From Antedon mediterranea (lineage: Eukaryota > Animalia > Echinodermata): a DNA stretch of 64,000 nucleotides. Of this stretch, positions 1 to 14,678 are shown in pieces. Location of the stretch: assembly GCF_964355755.1 (NCBI RefSeq), contig NC_092675.1:1669812-1733811 (forward strand), read 5' to 3'. Numbering within the stretch: the first letter of the stretch is position 1; each line of letters opens with the position of its first letter. A program made the position numbers and the translations under genes. The notes beneath the pieces were generated by a model. That model worked only from the letters and a program-made list of their open reading frames with translations, did no database searches and was not told the DNA's origin.

Positions 1-435
1 CCTCAACAGATAATATTAACAACCAGCTACAGCATCATTATTCTGAATAAATTATATTTTTCAGACGTCAACTTGCATGTTCATATACAGTACCATTATT
101 ACTATTTCGTTGAAAAAACTGTACTTTTATTTTTAAATTATTTCATAAATTACTATACCACCATAGTTTTTTTCATAAACAGTAAGGCTGTTTTGATAAG
201 ATGTATTATCATGTTGGTATTGCATTCATGTATTCCTTCTGGAACAAAAGCATGATCACTTTGAGATGATCCAGAATGGACAGCACAATTTTAACTCTAT
301 TTTTTAGAGAATTTTTCAATTTATTCATTCCCAAGTCCTACTTTTGTATGAATATGTTTTTATTCCGTTTTCAAATACTGTAACATACAGTATGAAATTA
401 TGTATGCAGTATCATACTGTAGACAACTTATGTAA

Positions 436-547
436 TACAGTGTCACATGTATCACATGTGGAGCTTGTATTATGGGTTAAAGTTTTAGGAATAGGTTTAT
501 GGCCTGTGATACAAGTATCACATGTGATAAATGTGACACTACTGTAT
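436..547. mobile_element. Small foldback/MITE remnant with CACATGTG-containing inverted repeats
   Basis: atacagtgtcacatgtatcacatgtg (436-461) is inverted relative to cacatgtgataaatgtgacactactgtat (519-547); related hairpin at 54809-54859. Confidence 0.45.
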
Positions 548-2328
548 ATTACAGAATGTACATATGATACTAAATGGTAATTATAGATACAGTATAGTAC
601 TGAGACTCATCTATTTATATTTCCAACAATAAACCAAAAAGACGATCGTCAACATATTTAAGTTGATGAGATAACAAGCGTTGTACCGATTTAGCTTTTA
701 GTAGGAAATATAATTCCATAATGTGTGTCAGTCTGAAATTACTTTTAGCATTATATTTCTCTTAGTAGCTGTTATTTACATGGACTACCTTGCTAATGTT
801 GTTTATTAATAACTGGATTACCTTGCAGCGATAATTCAACTTCCATTAAGTCTTATCCCGTGAAAGATATTTCGCAATCGTTATTGATAAAGTTGTGATG
901 ATGTGGGTTGTCCAGTTGTCATGGACATATAAATTATTACATGAAAGGAGACACTGAGATATTACGCTTTTTTCTTCAATTTGATAGGATTGTGAAAAAA
1001 ATGCTTTTAATATCGAAGTCACGTTATCAAATGACTATTACTGTGAGTAGCAGTTTTAATAATCAGAACCACCTGTCTAGGAAAAATAAAAAATGATATC
1101 TGAATCAATGTTTGCGAACTAAAAATCAATGCATATTCAGAATATATTAAACCTCGGCAAAATTCAATTGCGTTTAATTAATAATTACCATCATAAAGGG
1201 AAATGATAGATCTAATCTATTGAATTTTTGCTATTTATATTTGTGAAATTTTTTGTTTATTTTAGAGACAAAAAGTAATATAATGATATTGTTGATAATT
1301 TGCATAAAAAGAAGTGATAAATATAAGATTGCTCACATTGCTCAAAAGCTCACTTTTCCATGAGATAGGGCAAATTCCAAATGACATGTAAAAATTATAT
1401 TTCAAGAAAACAATCAGGTGTGTTACATTACAATAGATAGATAAAGATATTTATAACCAACATGCAGCGGTTTTGAAGAGTGAAAAGTGTGATTCTGGCA
1501 ATTTTTGTGTCATTTATATTTTCTTTTTTCTATAAAAAGTTATAATCATTTTTATTATTAAAGCAATTCTGATGTTCAATTGATTGTTTTGTTATCAATG
1601 ATTGCTACATTGATTAAAAGGAATGTTGAATTCATTCAGTAATTAATAGAATTCATTCATTATATAGTCAAGGTTATGTTATAAGAATGGTTCGGTTTAA
1701 GAAGTCAATAGATCCTACTGTAATCTCTTTACATTGTAATGTTATGTATCTAATCTCTTAACACCTGGAAAGTAAGGTATTTCATTGATTGTTAATGACC
1801 TCAAGTTAATGACCTCAAGTTTGTTTACAGAATGTTAATATAAGATTGATCAAATTAATTTATTTTTAATTTATTTATTTTTAACTGGATTGCCTTTTTA
1901 TTGAGGATTAAGCTTGTGCTCAGTATATACACAATGATTTTCTGTATAATACATTAAAAAGCTGTTGAAAATATTGATGTACAGGTATTGAGTATGGTGC
2001 ATGCAGCTTTTTTGTTTTCTGTATTGAATTTAGAGAGGTCACTATACACTAGTATACTAGTACACTAGTATATACCATTGAACACTTTTTATTTTGGATT
2101 ATTAATCTATATCACACGATGTTCCAAGAAATGTACATTGTCTTTTGTCTTGCATTTCACAAACTATACCATTTTTTATGTGTGTAACATAACAATACCA
2201 TGCTTAAATATACTTAAAAATAAGTGTTATAAGCTGTGACTTGGTGGCTGCTTGTCAAGTTCTAGGGTTCGATCCTGACTTAGTGCCTGGTGATATCTAC
2301 TCCACTCCCTAAGCTTCAAATGATACGA

Positions 2329-2496
2329 AACTCTGTCTACATTATCAAACTTTATGTGACAAAAAATGTGATGTGCCCATATATGGGCATGATGATGTCA
2401 TAGCACTACCGTCACAGTCTTTGGGCATATCAATACCATATTTGGGCACATATCACACTTTTTTTGTCAAGCTAGTTTGATTGTGTAGACAGAGCT
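2329..2496 (+). mobile_element. PIF/Harbinger (Tourist-like) MITE family A, ~170 bp
   Basis: Family TIR AGCTCTGTCTACACTATCAAACT / AGTTTGATAGTGTAGACAGAGCT with TWA flanks. Other full or partial copies at ~7810, 9192-9351, 16995-17064, 18625-18766, 19820-19927, 25964-26098, 29034-29138, 30059-30174, 32395-32494, 33997-34111, 34659-34789, 40384-40541, 42881-43040, 48510-48644, 52810-52893 and 63576-63716. Confidence 0.8.
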
Positions 2497-3924
2497 TTAG
2501 TTTAAAAGCACAATATAGTTTAATGATCTTTAAATTGATGAGTACTTGCTGTTGGATGTGTATGAAAGGACAACAATTATAAATAAACACTTTTGTGATG
2601 TAGCTGTACTGTTGGTCTATTATTTTCCTTCAACTTGTTAAGATATAAAGCTACTCCTGTGGAAATGACAATAATATTGATTGAGACACAAACTAGAAAC
2701 GCTTCATCACACTTGAATAATTGTATTTATCTTTGTAATACTATAATGTGATTGATTACAGTGTAGGTCTATTTAACACATCTTGTATTGACTTTAGTCT
2801 TCATTTCTATATGCTACAATGATTCTCAGATGTGAGAGCCTTAATGTACTCATTTATTGCTGGTCTTTTTTATGCTAAGCTTAATATATTTATTTAGAAA
2901 TTTTTTAAAAATTTGTAATAACTTTGATTGGTGGGATATAGTTTACAACATGTGATGAGATGAATCCAGTTATCTATAAAGAACTGTTAGATCTGAAATA
3001 AAACACTTAACTTATCCTTTTTAAATAAAGTTTATGTGGTTTAAGCTAGGTTCCCAACTAGGATATGCAATGCAAAGATTAAGTATTAAGAGCAGCACAA
3101 ATAATTTGACCAATAAAAAACCGACAGTTTGATGATCCATCGCTTGTGATTGGTCAAATTCCTAGCGTAATTTTGTTTGCGCTTCCAGTGAATATGATAT
3201 CTTTTTAACCTTTACATTTAATGCAAAAGGAACTGGCAAATAATTATAGAATCTAAAGTAAATTGACTATTTCAATTCACTGTATTGATCTATGAATATG
3301 ACGACGATGGAGAAATTGATTTTACAGAGCAAACCTGTTGCCAGTTGTTGTACACAGAATGGGTGGTAGTTTATGACACATTGCAGTCTACATGACAAAT
3401 ACAGAGATAGTTCTTACATTATATAATCGCTGGTATAGTTTGTCATGCACTCTACTGTACTGACAAATATTCCAGAATAATATAGAATACTTTGTGTTTC
3501 ATTTATTGTATGCCTACATTATTTCTTGTTTGGAAAATAAAATCCATTCTCTAATTTCTAAATTTGTCATTGGTTGATTCCATATCACTTGATAGTTATA
3601 TTCTTGGTTTAAAAGTAATAATCAATATTACTAACCAATGGTCAGCATTTTTGTAAACATTTTTGTAAACATTTATTTGTGACGTCACAGGCCTATAAAA
3701 TAATGCGAGTGCCATAATATTTGCAGTGGTATTCAATTACAGGTGGAATTGAAAGTAGGTTTTGTGTTGATTAATTCAATTAAGGCAGTAACAAGTCTGA
3801 AAAATGAATGTTTCGTCGAATTGAGAGTATTTACGTTTATGATTGTTCTAGTTCAACTTATGAACATTCATTATTAAACTTATTTCTGTATGGTATACTG
3901 TATGAATTAAAATATTTTTTTTAT

Positions 3925-4202
3925 ACTGGGCAACCTCTTCAGTCAGTCAAAGACTGGTGTTCCGGAGGGCCCAGTTATGATCAGTGGCTACGAATACACC
4001 GGGGTAACCCTCTACTCGTCTCAAAAGATGTACTAGGTTCTTTAAAGTGCACATGAGCTAGATGTATACACTTGACCTACAGTTTATAGTCTATCCGAGA
4101 AGACTTGTTCTACCACCAGAACCATGGACCGAGTGAGTGTGAGTGAGTATTAGGGCTACGTAATTACGGTTCACTGTCTCAATCGCTCAGCCACTCACTC
4201 CC
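3925..4202 (-). mobile_element. tRNA-headed SINE with Deu/Nin-like central domain
   Basis: The minus strand starts gggagtgagtggctgagcgattgagac (A-box-like). The central gtcttctcggatagactataaactgtaggtc...gtgcactttaaagaacctagtacatcttttgagacgagtagagggttaccccggtgt resembles the Deu/Nin domain consensus. Confidence 0.65.
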
Positions 4203-4755
4203 TACTTTACAGTATTTGTTACTAAGCACATCCACAATACAAAATATGCATTACGAAGATTGAATTCCTAAGACACAATGTGAATACCATAATCCATTTA
4301 TTTGTCAGTGTCTCTTATATACTTTTTCTACAATGAATTTTTTTTCAATGAATTATAATTGGTAAGAAAGAGGAAGTTATAACAACTCTAGGGAGTTGTA
4401 ATATTTCACATATTCTAATTGTTTTGTTATATTTATATCCTTTGGGGTCCAGTGTTCAAATATTTTTTGTTTTGGTCGGTATTGTTAAAACTATTAGAGG
4501 TGTTCTATAGGGAGTGAATAGTGTATAAATAGTCAGTTATTGACTATGATTGTTTAGCCTTACTTTTTAAGGAAAATTTCAAACCATTATATCTATATGT
4601 CGTGGTATGTCAGAGCGAGCAAATGTAATTTCTATGTATAGGCCTCTATTATATATGCAAATGACAATAAATGGAAGTAATTTTCCACTGATAATGAATG
4701 AATTGAAAGGAAAATAATGATGAATGAATTAAGCTTTTTGACTAGACAAATGCAG

Positions 4756-4980
4756 CATCCAAATAAATATCTGTAAATATAATTGCCACACACTCGGTGA
4801 TGGTCTTGCTTTGTTCGTAAAGACACAGTACCTGTGTCTTTACATTGCCCCAGTGCTGCAAAACACACGCAAAACCATCACCGATTGTGTGGCACTTTAC
4901 ATTGCCCCAGTGCTGCAACAAACATGCAAAACCATCACCGATTGTGTGCCAATTATAACATTTACAGATATTTATGGATG
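4756..4980. mobile_element. Foldback element with ~55-bp imperfect terminal inverted repeats and an internal 57-bp duplication
   Basis: catccaaataaatatctgtaaat..aattgccacacactcggtgatggt is inverted relative to accatcaccgattgtgtgccaatt..atttacagatatttatggatg; direct repeats start at ~4838 and ~4895. Confidence 0.55.
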
Positions 4981-6380
4981 GATGAAGCAAACAAATAGGC
5001 TATAGGACTTTAAGTTAATTTATTGACCCTTTAGCTTTGATAGACAGGTGTTTCATTTGCATATAATTACAATAACAATTCCATTTCCCTGTTAAACACT
5101 CTTAATTTGTTTGTTGGTGCAATCAGTCAGAATTAATTCGGTAGAACAAGGTAAATTTACTTTTCAGATTTGAATGAACCACATTGTAGTAGTTTCTTTC
5201 AGTAGATATGGATTTTTACATGTACAGTACTAAATACAGATTTCTACATTTAAACCAAAACCATAATAAATCCAAATTATCCTATCCTGTACAGCACAAA
5301 CCAATTAGAATTGTACTAATAATAATAAATAATAACGATAATTTATTGAACATACACTTCTGTAAACAAAATTGACTAAAAACCACATTAAAATGCTAAT
5401 TACTGTATAAATTTACCACAACTAAACTAAAAATTAAATTTAATGATATAAATGACAACCATATTTTTTTCTTGTACATACAGTAATTTAGTACCCTTGA
5501 CTGTAAAAAGGCGTATTGTTAAATCAATTTTTTTCTTTATTTTATTAATACTCTGGACACACTTCATTCAAGAAGTGTGCCACTGTTTAAAAAATGTAGC
5601 TTTCGAAAAAATTAAATTACTATTATTATGTACAACCCCCTCCCCCCCCCCATTAGTTCTCCTTGTATTGTAAATTCAGACAATTACACATAGGTTTTTT
5701 AAAAATGTATGTTTCTGATTTAAAAGCAATGTATTAATATAGTTTACAGTTTATGGAATTTTAGTGAAAGCAGTTGGATTTATTAGCCAACCATTTTTAT
5801 AAATTAATTTTCATATACAGTACGTAGGCATTAGTCTCCCTACTTAAATTGAATTATTGAATAAACTTGTAGTTTTTATTTTAATATTTTATTATACGAT
5901 TATTGATTATGATATTCCCTGTCTCTTTTAAGTAGGCACGGTCAGAGTCTGATCATGAAGATATTAATCAATATAGCAGCAGTTTCTAATACTTTATATT
6001 AATATTGACAACATAATAAAGTAGTTTCTAATATATATATATATGAACTTTATTCAATCAATCGTACATTTGTTATAATGGTAACCATAATAAGGTATAA
6101 TATTACAGTAGATTTAAAAAAAAAAACCAATATAAATATTAATTATAAAATATATACAATGATTATTTACAGTAATGATAATTAAAAAAAAAATTAATTT
6201 GTTATATCTTTTGACTATTATTGGAAACAGAAGTTGAATAATAAAATACTGAAAAGTTTAGTTACGTTTGTTTGAATCAGGCAGATGGTAGACCAAAGAA
6301 AGGATAAGATACAGTAGGATTGTTTAATACTCAGTACGGTACATAGGCCTATAGTAACATACAGTAAGAAGCATTTAAAA

Positions 6381-6752
6381 AGAGTATCACGGTGCTGACG
6401 TCACGACAGTAGGTGGCGCTGCATGGTTGCTAGCGCAACAAAGAATGCGTTCAGCCTGCCTGAGTGACTCCAAAGGCTTATTGAAGTAGTCATTTTAAAA
6501 CTTTTATAATATAATAATTTTTAATAAAACAAACTCAAATTTCAAAAGATCAATAAATATTTGTTTTTAATAATCTATTTATTCTTTAACTACAGTTTAA
6601 GTTTAAAAAAATCAAGCTAAAATACAATAAATATAATTTGATAGAAATACAGATCTTTACAGTTTATCAACATAGTAGCGTTAACGCATTTTTTGGTTGG
6701 CTAGCAACTATGCAGCGCTCTCTATCGTTGTGACGTCACACCGTGATACTCT
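6381..6752. mobile_element. MITE with ~70-bp imperfect TIRs
   Basis: agagtatcacggtgctgacgtcacgac...gcgctgcatggttgctagc is inverted relative to gctagcaactatgcagcgc...tgacgtcacaccgtgatactct; AT-rich interior. Confidence 0.7.
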
Positions 6753-8029
6753 ATAGTTGTAATCTTTTGACAATACTGTACACATAGTACAGGACAATAT
6801 TACACTAGTAAACATAATCAATCAATTTTAATTGCCACTTTACTTGACAAAGTATGTTAAATTTATAACTCTAATTTTTATTGCTTGAAAATTTAAAAGC
6901 TGGATAGTGTTATTCAGACATAAATTCAAATTTTCAAGCTTTTTCTTGATATAAAAGTCATTATTTAAAATGCCTTTAGGGAATAAGTATCCTTGTTGTT
7001 AATCTTAGATCGTACTAACATTATTATAATTTATATTTCTGGTCCTTTGTTATGATAATATGCAAAATAAAAAGGGTTGTATTTTCATTGAAAATAGCGT
7101 ACATTGATTGTATGAAATTATGTAAAGCATTTTTGATTGTATGATATTTTGAATAATGTACATTTTTATTTAATATTAAAAAATGACCTTTTTTTTTATA
7201 AAATTGACAGTAATTTTGCATGGTGTATGTCTTGCAAAATCCTGGATCTGCCACTGATCAGTAATATTGAATTGTAGGCTACATTTAAAAAGTAGGAGCA
7301 AAGGTAATTTAGTACACATGCTATGAAACACACCCACTTTTATATACTACGTCAGTATATTGATTACTGTACTAGTGTATTGGTGGTACAATGGGAACTC
7401 CCTAATTTCATAATCAGTTCTCTGCCATGGATTGATTGATGAGTCACTGCATTAAACGCCTACTTCTGGGTTTTCGTTTAAACATACAATAATATCTCAA
7501 CAACGATGAAGATTGGTAACAAAATATCACATGGAGTAGTGATGATACGTTGTCAAAGAAACGCAAGTAAATCAATAGCGTTCTGTGTCGCCATGCTATT
7601 ATATTTCCGTGCTATGAAAGAACATTTTAGCATACTAATTATCAAAAGTGTATGCTCTTATTTAAAATTATTATTCCCTTTTTGACGATGTTCATATATA
7701 ACATTTTTAGTTTTGTTACTTGAATTGAAATGAGCTATAGTATATAAATTGGATTTCTATATAGAATATTTGTAGGAGTTGGGTTATTTTTTATTTTATA
7801 TGTTTGTAAAGCTCCGTCTACACTATCACATTTTATTTGTGATGTTTTCTGTTGTTCACACAAATTGTCGTCATAGTGAAATTTGAAATTTAAATTACTC
7901 CAGATTATCTAATTATACTATCAAACATAATTCATTTTAAATAGTTCCAATATGAAATGATATTAAAGAATGTCATTATGTTAACTGTTAGTTTGGAACA
8001 AATATCAAAATATTAAATTTTTTCATGTT

Positions 8030-8128
8030 TTTAGTTGCGTATAACGCGACTCTACAGCTCACTATGTCGGTCGGTCGGTAAACACTAACTTAAGCACTTG
8101 ACTACAGCCGTGTATATGGCCTTGTTTT
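8030..8128 (+). mobile_element. Short Helentron-associated (HINE/DINE-1-like) element
   Basis: T-run, 5' inverted pair agttgcgt-ata-acgcgact, (GTCG)n microsatellite, 3' gactac plus hairpin gccgtgtatatggc plus cttgtttt. Confidence 0.55.
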
Positions 8129-9191
8129 ATTTATAAGTCAATAAAAACTTTTTCAATGTCCAAAGGTTTGGCTGTTAAGTTTTTTAGCTACATAATTAAT
8201 AAGAAAACAGTTGAAATTTATTACGATAATCTCAAGTGAATTAAAAGTAAACTTATCAAGATTAGATGTAAGCGTGTGAAGATTATTGAGTTATTAATTG
8301 ATTGTAAAGATAACGTTAGTGTTTGTTTTAAACGATTTGTATGCATTTATATTAATTATTAATTTAATATTGAAGTTTCTGTTAATCGTTTGATTGTGTT
8401 GCTATGGAAACTTTAAGTATCTTCATTTATTAAATAAACAATAGATTTTCATCTTATTATTAACATGAATTAACATGTAAACAATTCTAAATCAATAGGT
8501 ATCAAACTAAACAAACATTTACAGCATTTCTAATGACAACATTTAAAAAATTAAAATCCCAGTTTATGTATAAGACTTGTCTCTCTAAACAACAAACTAT
8601 GACAAAATAATATTTTATTTCCTGAAAATTATCAAGGCAGTGCCCCATGTAGCAAATATACTTTAATTTAAATTAAGAATAGTTTTAGCCCGTCAAATAT
8701 GGATAAGAATATTTAGAAGAATATGTATCTTGTCAAAATAAATACCAGATTTGTTAAAAATGACATGTTAGCTGTCAAAGGGCGAGCGCTCGACTCGCAG
8801 TGCATACACATCCCTGAATATTTCTACCGTTTGTGTGAGTTTCAAAACTACCTTGTCACAATTTGTTAATAATTCCTGTATTTTTCCATGGCATTCCAAT
8901 TTTTTTTCTGGAGCCAAGATTCCTGACGTTAATGATCTTGCTAGTTTCTTTGTTGTATGATCCCTGAGGATAATTCATTATTTTACTACAGCATAGATAC
9001 TTGATGGAAAAAGACATAGATTTGCAAACATTATCACGTCCGCAGGGAAGTATTATTCGGAATAACATACGGAGAGAAAGCAATACCAATACTTTGTTAT
9101 TGCGGTTTAGATTACGTAGCATTTTAAGGAAATGACAATGGAAATTATTATGAAAAATGTTATACTGAGAAGACCTATTTTTCCTCTTTAA

Positions 9192-9351
9192 AGCTCTGTC
9201 TACACTATCAAACTAGTTTTAAATAAATGTGTGATGTCCACAAATATGGTTGTGATTTGATCAAATATGGTGATGATATGACATCATCATGTCCATATAT
9301 GAACACGTCATCACATTTTTTTGTCACATAATGTTTGGTAGTGATAGGGCT
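9192..9351 (-). mobile_element. MITE family A copy
   Basis: Same TIR and internal sequence, opposite orientation to the 2329 copy. Confidence 0.75.
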
Positions 9352-12300
9352 TTAGAAACATTACAATATGCTTTTTGAAAAATAATCTACAATACAGTAG
9401 CATTGTTAAAATTAATAGAGGTTTATAAGTAATTGTATAACTGTAATATGATCTGTGAAACTGAAAAAAAGTTGTCCAACTTATGATTATTTTTTTTACA
9501 TGATTCCGTCCATTAGACCACTTGAATTTAAAATAACTCTTTCACACTAAATATCACTAGTTTTTAAGAAAGGAAATTGCTTATTTAGAATAAAGTATTA
9601 TTAAATTTATAAACTATAATACTGTTAGTCACTAAATCATTTTAACTGAATATCTCTGATTGTTAGTATTCAGAAAATTGTGTATCTAAAGAAGCGACGT
9701 GATTAAATTTTATTCCTAATTGTAACCCCATCTTGGGAAAATGCCAACCACTTAGAAAACTTAGCTATTTTCTGAAACCAGATATTAATAGTGTTAATAG
9801 CAGTGCGAACATATTACCACCATTGTTGTTGTACATGTATTACTATCCAATATATTGATTATGTTTATGTAGATGTAAGCTTCGGTTACGCTATTTTTTT
9901 TCTTTTCTTTTTAAATCAGCTCATGCCTATCGTTGTCCACAATGATAGGTTGAATTACAATTTGCATTAAATAAAATGATCTTAGGGGTCTAATAGTCTA
10001 AACTAGATCACCTTTTGTTTTGTTTATAAAGAATTATTGTTGTTGTTGTTGTAATTGGTAATTGTTTTGGGAACAAATAATATCATTGCTTTGATCTAAA
10101 TCATTTAAAAAAAATTTAGTTTGATAGTGAAGAGGTAACATTGTCATTATTAAGAAGATATTTTCTGTATTTATGCTATCTTTTTTTGTGAAATATATTT
10201 ATAGATCTACGACTAATAATTTATTTAGTAGCAATCAAATAACGAATAGGAAAATAAATAACTTTATTCTGTAAATCAACAAAAGTCTTATGCAGTGTCT
10301 GTTTATTGTGTTTGTACAATGTTTTTATTCGTCGTGAGGTAATTCTGTTTTTATTCTTCTAGCAACTATAATATCCAGCTTTTTGTTCCACTCCACGTGT
10401 GAGGTATAATTCATACCACATATAAATAGCATCTCTCTAGTTTCGATTAACTTGGTTGTTGAAAGACCAGACATAAAAACATGTCTAATCTATATTCAGT
10501 GGTTATAATCAGACGTTATGATATAACATTATTACATTTAAAGTACTTGCATTTCTCTTTGTGTGAATTATGGCACAGAAATACAACATGACAATAAAAG
10601 GAACTTCAATTATTATACTTTTAAGATATCATTTTGTTACTAATTAAGTTCTGTAACAATGAAGATTTAAGTTGTCATGTTTAGTATAAAAATTAGTTTA
10701 ATATCGTACGTGGAATAAGTTTTTTTTCCTCACTAGCTGTTATGTTAAAATTTATATGGGTTTTTTCCCCGTCAATTCTTCCCTGGCCATCAATACAAAC
10801 ATGATAGGTGTTAAATAATTGTTCATTGTTTGGCCTTTGGATATATATTGGAAAAAAAAATAAAATCTTATTTTTTAGATAATAAAATATTAAATTCAAG
10901 AATATAAACATTAAATAATTCTATTTTATGAAAGATGCTGGATGTTGAAGTTACTCAAGCGTGAGATTACAACCCAGAGTACAATGAGTATTTTCCCGCA
11001 ATTGATTTTCAGAAACAACTACTTTATTTATTTTTCGCAGTCGTTGTAAAAGAGTACAAAATAAAAGGTTGCCATTTTGACTGGCAGCTATTAACCTTGC
11101 CCCCTTGTTGTTATTGATAATGATTTGTTTGTTTGAATATTCACCCGAGGCGTCAAACCTAGAGGCATTGGCCGTGGGAACTATAGGAGAAAATTATCAG
11201 TAGTCATTGTGTGTAGGTTAAACAGTTGTGAATGATATGAGCTGTAAAAAGTACAATGCTTGATTTCTGGATATTGAAAAGACTTGTTTTGTTGGCTTTT
11301 TATGACATGTATTGTAAAGTTTAATCCATAAAAAAGGATGTAATTATGTGAGATTATCGCCCAATCCTTTTCCCTAGGAAGTAGGAAGATATACGCTGAA
11401 TTATAGTAATTGATATTATTTAGCTTCTGTTGGTGTAATTGAGATTGTAAAAACTGATGAAAACAAAAAACACAACAACATCCGTTCACAAAGTTAGTAT
11501 CATTATCAACTTAATTTATCTGTGTGATATTTTGTATAATTCATCAAATTCAAATGTTACAATAACAATTATTTCATTGTTGTGATAATAATAGGGGACT
11601 GCAGAAATTTGATATATAAAAATATGAATTAAATTTTCAGCATACCTAGATACCAACATTTAATTTCAATTTCTATATATCTATTGCCATGGCATTGATT
11701 ATTTCAATCATTCGATGTAATAATATTATAATGGGAAAATTTTGGTTGGTTTTGGGTTGTGGTGCTGGGATGGATATGGGGAATATATTGTGGCAGATGC
11801 ATTCCATCACTGTGTTGTTAATTCATAATGTATGGTGAGATTTTAAATATTTGTTCTATATTGATCTTTTGTGTTAGTATTTGACAACATGCTTTAGTTT
11901 TGAATTAAGTACCATTCCAAGGTCATAATATAATGACATAATGTCAAGACTTATGTTGTTGCATAATCAGATTTGAAGATGCAATAAGGACATATGACAT
12001 GAATAAATACAAATTGCCATTAGCAAGGTTTTCCCCCTTTATTCAATTAATATTTGCATATGCTGGAAAACTTGGAATTATTGTACGCAACACTAACATG
12101 TGTCTAACATTCCAAACGCAAGTATATAATGTTAAAAATTTAAATTAAAGCATTATTTTTCAAACTTTTTAAGAATGAACAGACAGAAAAAGTTATGATA
12201 CAGTACAGTATTTATATTTAATCAGTATAATAGTTAATTTATTTTATTTCAAGAGATAAAGAGATATTTTGCCCAACTCTGATTTAAGTTGTAGTGAATT

Positions 12301-13439
12301 GTCAATTGAAAATGCATTTATTTCATTTCATTTATTTTGTCTCACAATACAAACCATGTACAAAGAACAAACAACACACAACCAGGCAGAGACACGAGTC
12401 CTAAAAAGCGAATTAATCACTATCTAGTAGGTCTCCCATTACGCTAATTGAATAAAAAAAAACCACTCTTTGGGCCCTCCAATATTGGATGGGGACTGCT
12501 CATGCTCTGGATCCCCTTAAGCTCTGGTGCGCCTCTTAAGCTTTGGGCCCCTAGCTTTAGCCAGTGAACACTCATAACCGTTCCGCCAATGTGTTGGTAT
12601 CATATCCACCATCTATCAATAATACCAGTCTGTGAACCTGTGCAGATTTCAGTAGATGAGTAGCGGATCATCGCTAGGTGTCATTGTTGTTTGCATTATG
12701 GTTAATAAGATTAAAAATTGTCACCTGCTATGTTATTGATATACACTCCACCCATATAATGCATGGCCTTGTTCATTGCAGGTATTAAAGTATGGTCATG
12801 GCATTTAGAATATTTTTATCATTTCCTTTTTAGGGAATTCAAAGTGAAAAAAATAGAGATAATACCTATTTATCATCTTTTGCTGTGAGAAAAAGGAAGG
12901 TTCGGTTCTATAGGCTCCTCTATAAATAATTTGAACAGGTGACACAAGAGAAAGTTTAAGTTTTTATTTTCCCACTCATTAAATTATGCATACGGTATCT
13001 GTCAGCATCCATTATAATATCAAATGAATTATATTAGTTATGTATTTATTTAAAATTATATATAGTATTGACAACTAGAGTTATGCTGGTCACTACATAG
13101 CCTTGGAAAATTAGCTATCACAAAAGCACGGCTGATAATTATTGAATTCAGTTGGTACAAGTGTTATTGATGTTGATGGCCATATGAACATTAAATATGA
13201 ATTTACCAATATATATACTGTTTATAACCTTGGTTTACCAGATATCCAAACAAATATGGCCGAATTTTGAATAAACTCTGTAGGCTATGTACGTTTCACA
13301 ATTTTGCAGAAAATAATTCTTGTTTCGACATGTTTTCTTGATGTATGAAGCATACAACACACAACACAAGAAAGTCGAAACTACTGTGAACTGTCTTTTA
13401 TTATCACATATCAAACTTATTAGTGGACTTTCTGGTTTA

Positions 13440-13665
13440 TATATGGCGTAATATGAACTAGTGAGAGACATAGGTTCAAGCCCTCCTGTGTGTATATCCT
13501 TAGGCAAGAATTTTTTTACTCCTATTGCTTCGTCCTTTTGTTGGGACGTAAAGCTGTTGGTACAGTGTACATACAGTGGATCAGTGTGCTGATGGGTAGT
13601 AGGGTTGCACTGCTGGCTGTTATGGATCTGTAAAGGACCTAATCCGAATTTCCTCAGTTTCCAGT
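13440..13665 (+). mobile_element. Degenerate SINE of the same family as the 30510 element (tRNA-like part, CORE-like and Meta/Deu-like segments, shared tail)
   Basis: atccttaggcaaga and the tail gcactgctggctg..atgg.tc.gt..agg.cctaatccgaatttcctca are shared with 30711-30812. Confidence 0.6.
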
Positions 13666-14669
13666 TATAAGCTTAAGGATGATGATTACATATATTTTAC
13701 ATACATATGAGACTGACTGTTATCGATTCAAAATCTAACTGTATACTAAGCAGGTAGAAAGTCATAGTGTTACATACACAATACAATGTGTCACACTGAA
13801 TGGATTGTACTTGTCACACTGAATAGATTGCCTCACACCAGTTGTTATGCTTTGTTCAAAATGACAGTAAGGTGTTGTTGTTGTGTCAACTAGCGGGGAG
13901 ATCTGTCGATATTGGCTTTGACCATGCCGGGAATTTAAATAAAATATAATAAATTGGAGTTGATAAACAACAGTGGGTATTGTCAAGATGATGAAATCTT
14001 TTCCAGGTTAATATATGCAGTAGTGTATAAGAAACTTAAAATTAAAAAGGTACAAATAAAATGACAATTTTGGCACATATCAAACTCCCGACTGGGTACC
14101 ATTTTATACTGAATCTCTCTAATTACGCATATTTGAAAGAGTAGAGTGGGGTGAGAGAATACCCTGGTATTCTGGCTCATCTCGGCCCCGGTCATTGTAG
14201 CCAGACAAAGGATGTGAGCTAAAAGACATAAAAACAACTCTTTAAAGTGAAGACATCTCTACGCAATTTAGTCCACGCTTCAAGTCACATGTTATCCAAC
14301 ATATTAGATGTATAAAAAGTGTTACATTTTTCTGTGGCTGCCATGGGCTAATCATAATCTTCCCACCTGAACATCAATGTTTATAATACATATGTAGTAT
14401 TTCCATTAATATTGTTTTTTGTTTTCCTTATTGCCATAGTAGTTAGTTGTTGTAAATACTGTTTGCATGACTATATTAACCCATTTGTAATTCAATTTTT
14501 GTTAATTTGTTAAGAGCTGTCCATAAAAGTGAAAGTATAATCTATTTCTAATTTTTAAGTCTAATTTTTTTGTTAGCTGAAAGTAAAATTATTACCTGTT
14601 ATTTCTAATGCTATTGCTTTTCTTTCCCCTTTCTCCCCATGCTTTTGTTGCTGATGTTTGTACAAGTAG

Positions 14670-14678
14670 AACAAGCAG
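14670..14678 (+). CDS. Candidate 9-nt phase-1 microexon (E-Q-A) of the PCDH15-like gene
   Basis: ctaat branch-like motif, long pyrimidine tract with several TGC, then tag|AACAAGCAG|gtatag; frame-preserving and same phase as the EC1 exons. Confidence 0.4.

Noticed and set aside
2040-2075. Short palindromic ACTAGT/GTATAC cluster
   Set aside because: It is too short and low-complexity to support any function.
10338-10403. Hydrophobic stretch GNSVFILLATIISSFLFHSTCE before a GT
   Set aside because: It is preceded by an in-frame TGA, has no ATG, and the donor is phase 0.
11689-11838. Possible signal-peptide first exon (MALIISII...MGKFWLVLGCG...)
   Set aside because: The hydrophobic core is weak and the available donors are phase 0 or 2, not the phase 1 needed.
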